Source of the DNA: a virus
Taxonomy: Duplodnaviria > Caudoviricetes
Direction: 5' to 3' (one strand)
Virus record (IMG/VR): IMGVR_UViG_3300033067_002352
Span: 1 to 42,231 of that record
Length of the DNA: 42,231 nt
Shown here: in pieces, positions 1-6,710 of the stretch
Layout: every line of letters starts with the position of its first letter
Position numbering within the stretch: position 1 is the first letter of the stretch
Program-made: the position numbers and the translations under genes
The notes under the pieces: generated by a model
What the model was told of the DNA's origin: nothing
Database searches by the model: none
What the model saw: the letters and a program-made list of their open reading frames with translations, nothing else

Positions 1-63
1 TTTATTGGAATTGAAAAAGAGGTAAAATATTATGATTTGGCAGTTGCTCGTGTGTTCGGGTAG
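1..63 (+). CDS. 3' end of a DNA methyltransferase (N6/N4 type), partial
   Basis: Frame 1 reads FIGIEKEVKYYDLAVARVFG*, a typical beta-class MTase C-terminal motif. Confidence 0.75.
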   Translation, partial: FIGIEKEVKYYDLAVARVFG

Positions 64-91
64 CATTGCCACTAACTCGCAGATTGGCGCA
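63..91. repeat. Cassette-end box plus array-terminal (attI-like) motif
   Basis: GCATTGCCACTAAC right after the stop codon; 72-91 CTAACTCGCAGATTGGCGCA matches 3974-3993 at 17/20. Confidence 0.6.
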
Positions 92-165
92 TGTTTTAAA
101 ATAGTTTTTATTGACAATCAATTATTTATAAAAAAAATACGCAATATTAAAAATAAAATTAATTT

Positions 166-345
166 ATGACCTACGAAGCAATACCAATTAAAGACTACTA
201 CCTCATTGTGAGCGATGAAAAGCCAAAGCATGGAGATTTTTTTTATATAAATGGCTCAGTTAAAATTTATCACGATATGTTAAGTTGTAACGGGAGTGGC
301 AAAATCATCGCCCAAAGCAAACCAGTACATGAAGGAATGGCGTGA
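166..345 (+). CDS. Hypothetical protein (59 aa)
   Basis: ATG after an A-rich leader; MTYEAIPIKDYYLIVSDEKPKHGDFF...; not in the ORF track. Confidence 0.55.
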   Translation: MTYEAIPIKDYYLIVSDEKPKHGDFFYINGSVKIYHDMLSCNGSGKIIAQSKPVHEGMA

Positions 346-625
346 AAAAAATAGAGAGAAGCAACGTGCATATATGAGAGAATGGCAGGCAAATCGCAGA
401 AAAGATGCTGCTAAAAAGGAGCAAGATAAAAAAGCGCCGGGGGCAATCTTTCAGCAACAGTTGAACGTAGCAAGATGGAAAGGTTACGTTGTTTCGCTTG
501 ATAATACATACATCAAAGGATTGCTAACAAGGCGAAATCCTTTAATAAAAAATTTGATTACACCTGAAATGATATTTATTCATAAAAAGCAATTACTAAC
601 AAAAAGAAAATTAAAAGATTTATGA
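329..625 (+). CDS. Hypothetical basic protein
   Basis: ORF 296..625, ATG at 329 likely start; ATGA overlap with next gene. Confidence 0.6.
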   Translation: MKEWREKNREKQRAYMREWQANRRKDAAKKEQDKKAPGAIFQQQLNVARWKGYVVSLDNTYIKGLLTRRNPLIKNLITPEMIFIHKKQLLTKRKLKDL

Positions 626-861
626 TTACTAAAGTAACAAACTCATTTGATATGAGAAAAGCTCTGAATGAAAACCTGCATGGACTACTTACAGGCAAAA
701 GAAATCCGTCGATTGTAAAAGAAGTAAATAATACTTTGGGCAAAATGTTGACAGACGTTAAAATGGAAATGATGCAAAACATGTTGTCAGGCAATCGTCA
801 AACTATACATTGGTTTGATAGAAACATTAATCCATCGCTGCCTGCAAATGAAGGGAAGTAG
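622..861 (+). CDS. Hypothetical protein
   Basis: 79 aa ORF coupled to the upstream gene. Confidence 0.7.
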   Translation: MITKVTNSFDMRKALNENLHGLLTGKRNPSIVKEVNNTLGKMLTDVKMEMMQNMLSGNRQTIHWFDRNINPSLPANEGK

Positions 862-863
862 TA

Positions 864-890
864 TTGTGCCTAATGTTGAAGCATTGGCGA
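864..890. repeat. Degenerate attC-like half site
   Basis: TTGTGCCTAAT followed by GTTGAAGCATTGGCGA, identical to 2881-2896; no partner arm found. Confidence 0.55.
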
Positions 891-936
891 TAATCGAAGC
901 AATAAAGTATTATTAACTAAAAAATAAAAAAACAAA

Positions 937-1152
937 ATGAATATTTTAATTAAATTTTTCTCGTTTGCAGTATTATTTTTTGCAGCCTATGTACAATCAA
1001 ATTCGCTGACTTCCCCAACATTTCTAAAGTATTTTATGTGGTTTTGTTGTGGCTCAGTCTTTACATCTTTTTTATTAGCAATTTTAAAAACAGGCGAAAA
1101 AGATACCGATAAAAAAGATGAAGTTTCAACGTCTATCCAGATTGAAAAATAA
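937..1152 (+). CDS. Small membrane protein (2 hydrophobic segments)
   Basis: 71 aa; its TAA lies in the TAAC box of the next element. Confidence 0.65.
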   Translation: MNILIKFFSFAVLFFAAYVQSNSLTSPTFLKYFMWFCCGSVFTSFLLAILKTGEKDTDKKDEVSTSIQIEK

Positions 1153-1230
1153 CGGTTGCCGTGATGCACGTCAGCCACATTTATAAACCTTCTGCCCACA
1201 TAACGCAAAACCTTTTGTTGTGTGCAGGGC
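1145..1230. repeat. attC-like element (degenerate arms)
   Basis: TAACGGTTG...CGCAAAACCTTTTGTTGTGTGCAGGGC. Confidence 0.55.
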
Positions 1231-1246
1231 GGGCAAAATTAGAAAT

Positions 1247-1654
1247 ATGAATAAAGTTTTTGTTGTTACAAGTGGTACTTATTCTGATTATGGTATTGAT
1301 GCAATATTCACAACGAGAGAATTAGCACAAAGTTTTATTGATGCTTTTGAAGCTAATAAATGGCACGAAATGGATATTGAAGAATGGGATTTAGACCCTA
1401 ACGAAAAGCATTTGAAGCAAAACAGAAAACCTTATTTTTTAAGAATAAATAAAGAAGGGGAGGTTACTGATTTAGAAGTTGCCGATAGTTCTTATGGGTT
1501 CAAGCAAGATATACCCGAAGCAGAGATAAGCTATACGGCAAATTTTGAATGGATGAATATTAACTGTTTTGCTGATGACGAAAACCATGCTATAAAAATA
1601 GCTGGCGAAAAAAGGTCGCAAATTTTGGCTGCTAATTTATGGGGTGTCAGGTAG
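1247..1654 (+). CDS. Hypothetical cassette protein
   Basis: MNKVFVVTSGTYSDYGIDAIF...; ATG 1247 in frame with ORF 1220..1654. Confidence 0.8.
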   Translation: MNKVFVVTSGTYSDYGIDAIFTTRELAQSFIDAFEANKWHEMDIEEWDLDPNEKHLKQNRKPYFLRINKEGEVTDLEVADSSYGFKQDIPEAEISYTANFEWMNINCFADDENHAIKIAGEKRSQILAANLWGVR

Positions 1655-1798
1655 CCTTGCACACAACGGTTGCGGCTTTGCGTTCGGGCGGTATTTGAAA
1701 AACTGATGCTGAACAACTGATACAGCCGATAGTAGCACAATGATGAGGATTTGCACTTGTCCCCCGACTGCCGCCAAACCGTTTGTTGTAGGCAGTGC
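1654..1798. repeat. attC-like element
   Basis: GCCTTGCACACAAC-GGTTGCGGCTTTGCGTTCGGG...CCCGACTGCCGCCAAACCGTTT-GTTGTAGGCAGTGC. Confidence 0.7.
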
Positions 1799-1825
1799 TA
1801 ATTTTGTCAAATTAAAACTTATAAA

Positions 1826-1993
1826 ATGGAATATTTACGAGAAGCAAGTGTCAAAATAGATAAAGACACAAATAAGTGTTCAACAGCCGAAGAGTTAAAA
1901 TTAGGCGAATACAACGATGACGAAACAATGGAGGAATTTATACAGCGTGTTACCAAAAGAATGCGTGAAATATTTTTAGACGATTATGAGTAG
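1826..1993 (+). CDS. Hypothetical acidic cassette protein (55 aa)
   Basis: MEYLREASVKIDKD...IFLDDYE*; fills the cassette; not in the ORF track. Confidence 0.7.
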   Translation: MEYLREASVKIDKDTNKCSTAEELKLGEYNDDETMEEFIQRVTKRMREIFLDDYE

Positions 1994-2005
1994 CAATGTT
2001 TCTCT

Positions 2006-2152
2006 GCATTGCCTACAACGTTGTCTGCTTTGTGGCAGTGCTGAAATTTGAAATACTAAACTTTAAAACACATTCAAATGAACAATAGTGAACAAAAAGC
2101 CGATTTACTTCCGTCAGCCAGTATTGCACAAAGCAATATGTTGGGCGAAGGC
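2006..2152. repeat. attC-like element
   Basis: Arms TGCTTTGTGGCAGTGCTG (2026-2043) / CAGTATTGCACAAAGCA (2119-2135) inside AAC...GTT. Confidence 0.75.
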
Positions 2153-2419
2153 GGTTCAGATAAAGGCACGATTGAATTTAAGATACAGAAAAAGCGTCCG
2201 AAAAAGAATGCTAAGTCTTACAACATTGAAACGGTACAGGACATTTTTGATGCCGTCAATTCTAAAAACGTAAAGAAGTTTTTAAAAGAATTTGAAATAG
2301 TGCTGCGTTCTGGTCTATTGTTGAAAGCTATTCATGAGGCAAACATATCGGAAGGCAAATATTCAGCCGAAGAAGCCGGGAAGTTACAGCTACCACGCTT
2401 TACATGGATTGATGATTAA
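2078..2419 (+). CDS. Hypothetical cassette protein
   Basis: 113 aa; starts inside the hairpin loop. Confidence 0.7.
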   Translation: MNNSEQKADLLPSASIAQSNMLGEGGSDKGTIEFKIQKKRPKKNAKSYNIETVQDIFDAVNSKNVKKFLKEFEIVLRSGLLLKAIHEANISEGKYSAEEAGKLQLPRFTWIDD

Positions 2420-2427
2420 GGCTGGTA

Positions 2428-2537
2428 GCTTTCGCCCAACGGCAGGCATTTATGTCTGCCGGGATATTTGGAAAACGGGACGATGAGCAGCGTACAGTCG
2501 CCCCACCATAACTGCAATACTTATGTTGGGCGAAAGC
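2428..2537. repeat. attC-like element (inner arms degenerate)
   Basis: GCTTTCGCCCAAC...GTTGGGCGAAAGC. Confidence 0.65.
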
Positions 2538-2577
2538 GGTTGATTAATTAGATTTTGTCAAATTAAAAATAAAAATT

Positions 2578-2865
2578 ATGTCTGTAAAAATTCCTACACA
2601 CGAAGAAGCTGCTGAAAGAGTAGAAACAAATTCAGCAAGCCCATTAGATGTTTTTGTTTATGAAAATGAACCTGCTGGAAATGAAGATTCTGAAAAGTTC
2701 AGAACTGAATTACAGAACCTATTAAATAGCATTGGTCGTTACTATATCGAAGCTGGATGGAATGAAAGCAGGTCGTCATTTGCTGCTGAAATTGGTGCAG
2801 ATATGGAAGACGATGAAAAGCCGCATAGAAATTTGTCAGCTTACCTCACTGCGGTATTTGGGTGA
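2578..2865 (+). CDS. Hypothetical cassette protein
   Basis: 95 aa with A-rich leader. Confidence 0.75.
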   Translation: MSVKIPTHEEAAERVETNSASPLDVFVYENEPAGNEDSEKFRTELQNLLNSIGRYYIEAGWNESRSSFAAEIGADMEDDEKPHRNLSAYLTAVFG

Positions 2866-2867
2866 TA

Positions 2868-3011
2868 GCTTTCGCCCAACGTTGAAGCATTGGCGATGTT
2901 GGGGTATAGAATTACAAAAGTTTCAAACAAGCACTAAATATGAATAAAATTACACAAGCTGAAAATATAGGGTCAAGCCCCAATATTGCCAATGCAATGT
3001 TAGGTGCAGGC
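2868..3011. repeat. attC-like element
   Basis: Arms GCATTGGCGATGTTGGGG (2887-2904) / CCCCAATATTGCCAATGC (2978-2995): 16 Watson-Crick plus 2 G.T pairs. Confidence 0.8.
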
Positions 3012-3653
3012 TTTCGTATTCTCATTGCCTGTGAGGAAAGCGATGAAGTCCGCAGTAGGTTTGAAGCCTATGGTTTTGATGCTTGGAGTTGTGATTTGCA
3101 GCCAAATAGAAATCCAAAAGCAAAACACTACCAGGGTAATGTTTTTGACATTATAAATGATGGTTGGGATGCTATGATTGCTTTTCCACCTTGCACACAT
3201 TTGGCAGTTTCCGGTGCAGCGTGGTTTGAGCAAAAACGCAAAGATGGTAGGCAACAGGAAGGTATTGATTTTTTTATGGCAATGGTGAACGCACCAATAC
3301 CACGAATAGCAATAGAAAACCCAATGGGTATAATGAGTACAGTTTATAAAAAGCCAACACAGATAATACAGCCGTATTACTTTGGCGATGAGGCAAGTAA
3401 AAAGACTTGTTTATGGCTTAAAAACTTACCGCCATTATACCACAACGCTGCACCAAATTTGTTTGATAGCAATGTTACTTGGGTTGGTAAAGGCGAAATT
3501 GTAGAATTTGAAAGCGGATGCAAAATGCCTAAATGGTATGCCGATGCTTGGAAACTGCCAAAAGAAGAAAGGAGCAAGTTAAGGTCAAAAACATTTCCGG
3601 GAATAGCACAGGCAATGGCTGACCAGTGGAGTGTCGCCATAGCTTGCACCTAA
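2940..3653 (+). CDS. DNA cytosine (C5-type) methyltransferase-like protein
   Basis: Motifs ILIACEES, FPPCT (catalytic PC), IENP, KKTCLW. Confidence 0.75.
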   Translation: MNKITQAENIGSSPNIANAMLGAGFRILIACEESDEVRSRFEAYGFDAWSCDLQPNRNPKAKHYQGNVFDIINDGWDAMIAFPPCTHLAVSGAAWFEQKRKDGRQQEGIDFFMAMVNAPIPRIAIENPMGIMSTVYKKPTQIIQPYYFGDEASKKTCLWLKNLPPLYHNAAPNLFDSNVTWVGKGEIVEFESGCKMPKWYADAWKLPKEERSKLRSKTFPGIAQAMADQWSVAIACT

Positions 3654-3857
3654 CGTAAAAGGCTTGCCGCAGATTTTGAATTTAAAAAACTAAAGTATAT
3701 GACAAAAGTTGATTTTACAGACTGGCTGCACAGTGAACTTAATGCAGTATTTCACGGAGATATAACGCCGGAGCAGGTGATGATTAATGCTATACCGATG
3801 ATTGATTTATTCGTCAGCAAAAATTGCGGCAAACCAATTGTTAGCGGTTCGTTGCCG
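3642..3857. repeat. attC-like element with long coding loop
   Basis: Arms GGCTTGCCGCAGATTTTG (3661-3678) / CAAAAATTGCGGCAAACC (3818-3835). Confidence 0.75.
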
Positions 3858-3977
3858 TTAACCGATGCTGAAAAACTTGCTATTGCTTGGAAAACATTGG
3901 AGTGGGTAGGCTTTAGGCGTGGAGAGGAATTTGACGATAAGGATATTTTAGAAATGCTTGGCGGCAATGACCGCTAA
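3699..3977 (+). CDS. Hypothetical cassette protein
   Basis: 92 aa; first half encoded in the hairpin, stop within GCTAAC. Confidence 0.7.
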   Translation: MTKVDFTDWLHSELNAVFHGDITPEQVMINAIPMIDLFVSKNCGKPIVSGSLPLTDAEKLAIAWKTLEWVGFRRGEEFDDKDILEMLGGNDR

Positions 3978-3993
3978 CTCGCATATTTGCGAA
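3962..3993. repeat. Cassette-end box plus array-terminal (attI-like) motif
   Basis: CGGCAATGACCGCTAAC then TCGCATATTTGCGAA; no long hairpin follows. Confidence 0.6.
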
Positions 3994-4020
3994 AGTTACC
4001 ACCATTATAAAATATTGATA

Positions 4021-4146
4021 ATGAATTACATAAAGTGGAGATTGTTTGAAAAATATATTGTGGGTAAAAATGGAGTGATAATAAATTCTGTAACAGGGAA
4101 AAAATTGCAACGAACAGTAAAAAATTATACAATAGGATATTTTTAA
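4021..4146 (+). pseudogene. Possible NUMOD4/HNH N-terminal remnant
   Basis: KYIVGKNGVIINSVTGKKL resembles NUMOD4; stops after 41 aa. Confidence 0.4.
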
Positions 4147-4154
4147 AATTTAAT

Positions 4155-4610
4155 ATGAAACAGCTAAAATTTAACAGCACCCAGCTACTCTTTGTAAGAG
4201 TGCCGATGGACAGTAGAGATTTTGAGGTATTCACTATAAAAGCATATACATACATCAGGTATTGGGACAAAAAGGGATATGATGGACTTTCATGTGATGA
4301 TGATATTCCCAAAGGTGCTATCATCCTCGGCGCCATCCAAAAGTCAGGTGGCATAGTATCAACTACCATAGATGACGAAGTGCTGGAAGGGTTAGTATTA
4401 AAATCAGAATGGGTTTTCCCTGAAAGGCATTTTAGATATGTTGACTTTACCAAGCCTTATGATTCTTATAATAAACAAAATTGGGATATAGGTTTTTCGG
4501 ACAAATTGGAATCACTCAACAGCCGTTTACAAGCCTCTGGCATAGAGCTAAAGGAAGGGGATAAGTATGCAGTTTTAAAAATTAAATCATGGAAAGAGAT
4601 AAACCCATAA
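4155..4610 (+). CDS. Hypothetical protein
   Basis: 151 aa ORF. Confidence 0.75.
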   Translation: MKQLKFNSTQLLFVRVPMDSRDFEVFTIKAYTYIRYWDKKGYDGLSCDDDIPKGAIILGAIQKSGGIVSTTIDDEVLEGLVLKSEWVFPERHFRYVDFTKPYDSYNKQNWDIGFSDKLESLNSRLQASGIELKEGDKYAVLKIKSWKEINP

Positions 4611-4819
4611 CTACCATGCAAAAAGAAGATGAAGTTAAAGTGAAATTGAGTATTTGTAATAATTGTGATGGAGTTGTGAGAGCTGCTATTGAACAGGAAA
4701 TGACGAAGTCAAGCAGAACGGATTTTATGAAAGAAGTTTTGAAGTATAATCTTGATATTAAAACCATATCGCTAATCGAATATCTAAATAATAAGCCTAA
4801 TTGGTGTAACTGCAAATAA
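4589..4819 (+). CDS. Hypothetical protein, possible Zn-binding
   Basis: CNNC and WCNC motifs. Confidence 0.65.
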   Translation: MERDKPITTMQKEDEVKVKLSICNNCDGVVRAAIEQEMTKSSRTDFMKEVLKYNLDIKTISLIEYLNNKPNWCNCK

Positions 4820-4869
4820 TAATTTATGCAAAAAGAAATTGCGATAAACTACCTAAGCAATTTATAAAT

Positions 4870-5196
4870 ATGACACGAGAACTATTTATTGAAACAATCG
4901 AAGCATTACAAAAACAATATGAGCATGACAAAAATTGTGCTGCTGCTTTTAAAATTATATTGCCCGATACCTTTGTCGGACTTTATGATAACCACTGGCT
5001 ATTTAATCAGCTTGTTAAATTATTACAGGTAGCAATGGATGATGAAAATGCACATGGTTGGATTGAGTATTTTATTTATGAACTTGAATTTGGGAAAAAT
5101 TATAAGAAAGGATGTGTAACAGATAATGGCATCAATGTTGATATTTCAGATGCTGGTAAACTTTGGGACTTTCTTAATTTTAATAAATCAAAATAA
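4870..5196 (+). CDS. Hypothetical phage protein
   Basis: 108 aa; WIEYFIYELEFG. Confidence 0.8.
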   Translation: MTRELFIETIEALQKQYEHDKNCAAAFKIILPDTFVGLYDNHWLFNQLVKLLQVAMDDENAHGWIEYFIYELEFGKNYKKGCVTDNGINVDISDAGKLWDFLNFNKSK

Positions 5197-5200
5197 AGCG

Positions 5201-5713
5201 ATGTTTGAAAAAGTAGAAAATATGAAGCGACCATTAAAAACCGGAGAAATGTATTTAGTGCCATGTTTTGTGCGAGAGGATTTATCTATTGAAAAACTGT
5301 TTGTTACTCCGGTAATTAATCATCCGCATAGCGACAAAGAGAATGGGCAAATAGGTACCCACTACCATGCCGATTATCGATTTATCAAACACAAGGCAGA
5401 TAGCGATTTCCCTACTGTAATAAACAAGCATTCAAAGCATGTTTTTGCAGAAAATGTTCGGCCAATTGATGAACTAAGCGGCAAATTAGAGTATTATGTT
5501 TTGCCAGTTGTTAACGAGGATTTTACAGGGATAACACCTGTGGATTTAATCTCAAAAAGTAAAATGAAACATAAGTGCATTCATAAAGGCAAGTGTCCGC
5601 ATAGAGGGTATGATTTATCACAAGTAAAAGCCATTGATGGCAAAATAACGTGTCCATTGCATGGATTAGAATTTGATGCAGTGACCAAAGAATTACTTAC
5701 TAAAACCTCCTAA
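5201..5713 (+). CDS. Rieske [2Fe-2S] domain protein
   Basis: CPHRGYDL...ITCPLHGLEFD (CxH...CxxH); ATG 5201 in ORF 5126..5713. Confidence 0.8.
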   Translation: MFEKVENMKRPLKTGEMYLVPCFVREDLSIEKLFVTPVINHPHSDKENGQIGTHYHADYRFIKHKADSDFPTVINKHSKHVFAENVRPIDELSGKLEYYVLPVVNEDFTGITPVDLISKSKMKHKCIHKGKCPHRGYDLSQVKAIDGKITCPLHGLEFDAVTKELLTKTS

Positions 5714-5771
5714 ATTCACAAAATTTGGAGTAATTAATCATTTTTAACCTTAAAATCTTAATAAACTGATT

Positions 5772-5810
5772 TTGTCTTATTTGGGTTTATTTTGGCAAAT
5801 AAGGCAATTT
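5772..5810. terminator. Hairpin between convergent genes
   Basis: TTGTCTTATTTG...CAAATAAGGCAA. Confidence 0.4.
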
Positions 5811-5848
5811 GCATTTCTTAAAATTGGTGAGGAGCTAGATATTAAGTA

Positions 5849-6493
5849 TTAAGTAACATCATCAAAAGGCCAGAAATCTGAAAGCCAAAAAATCTTTCTT
5901 ATTTTAAGTTTTTCTATTATAGCATTAACAACAGCTGGCGGGATTGGTTCATAAGTCGTGCATGGCATTTCAAATAAATTTTTACTTATATGATAAAATA
6001 AGTCTAATGGCTCTCTCAAAAGATTGTTTTTGTCATTATCCGCTTTGTCATTTAGTTGAAAATTTTCAAATGTAAATAGGTAATTATCTGATTTATAACA
6101 ATAAGCGGTATATACTTTCAATAAATACGTTTTCTCATTATATTCTATTGGTAGCGGATGATCCCAAATGCCTGTTTGCTTTGGACGAAATCTTGAGTCA
6201 ATTCGCTTGATAGATTCAAGATTGCTTGCTTGGATGTTAAATTCCTCAAAATTTCTAACATCATTTGGGTAATCTAAATAATAGGATAAATGTTTTATCT
6301 TTCTGAAAGTAGCATTCTCGCCACTAACAGACGGAGTGCATTCCGGTTTAGCGATACCCCCTAAGCCTACAATTTTACCATAATGATAATTTTCATCATT
6401 GTGGAGCTTAATTTTTAAAAAGGGAGCATCGGAGTATTGTTTTAAGTCAAACATAATTTGTACGGATTTTGTTTTTAATAAAATAAGATACAA
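5849..6493 (-). CDS. Hypothetical moron protein
   Basis: 214 aa (or start at 6454); lone antisense gene. Confidence 0.75.
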   Translation of the reverse strand: MYLILLKTKSVQIMFDLKQYSDAPFLKIKLHNDENYHYGKIVGLGGIAKPECTPSVSGENATFRKIKHLSYYLDYPNDVRNFEEFNIQASNLESIKRIDSRFRPKQTGIWDHPLPIEYNEKTYLLKVYTAYCYKSDNYLFTFENFQLNDKADNDKNNLLREPLDLFYHISKNLFEMPCTTYEPIPPAVVNAIIEKLKIRKIFWLSDFWPFDDVT

Positions 6494-6574
6494 AAATATA
6501 TAAATACAATATAAATTGAATATATTTTTTTTTAATTTATAATCAACTTTACTAAAAAAAATAGTCTAAAAATT

Positions 6575-6604
6575 TTAGCATATTCAAATAACGCCATATA
6601 TTTG
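6575..6604 (+). promoter_or_regulatory. Bacteroidota-type promoter upstream of the packaging operon
   Basis: TATATTTG at 6597-6604 fits the TAnnTTTG -7 box. Confidence 0.5.
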
Positions 6605-6676
6605 TCATGGCTTTGCTGCATAATAGCAGCCAGCAATAAGAATGGGTACTCTAACTATTAAATTCAATTCGTCATT

Positions 6677-6710
6677 GCCGAAGGTGTAGCCTTGCGGCTT
6701 TTTGTGTTTT
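6677..6710 (+). terminator. Intrinsic terminator/attenuator before the late operon
   Basis: GCCGAAGG-TGTAG-CCTTGCGGC followed by TTTTTGTGTTTT. Confidence 0.6.

Larger units (their letters stand above)
862..3993. mobile_element. Integron-like gene-cassette array (6 clear cassettes plus a degenerate left end)
   Basis: Six gene-bracketing GTT.../...AAC complementary pairs separated by imperfect hairpins; see findings. Confidence 0.8.

Noticed and set aside
862-3993. CRISPR array, or simple terminators/REP elements, as the explanation for the repeats
   Set aside because: Units differ in sequence, are separated by whole genes, lack U-tracts, and their outer boxes pair across genes
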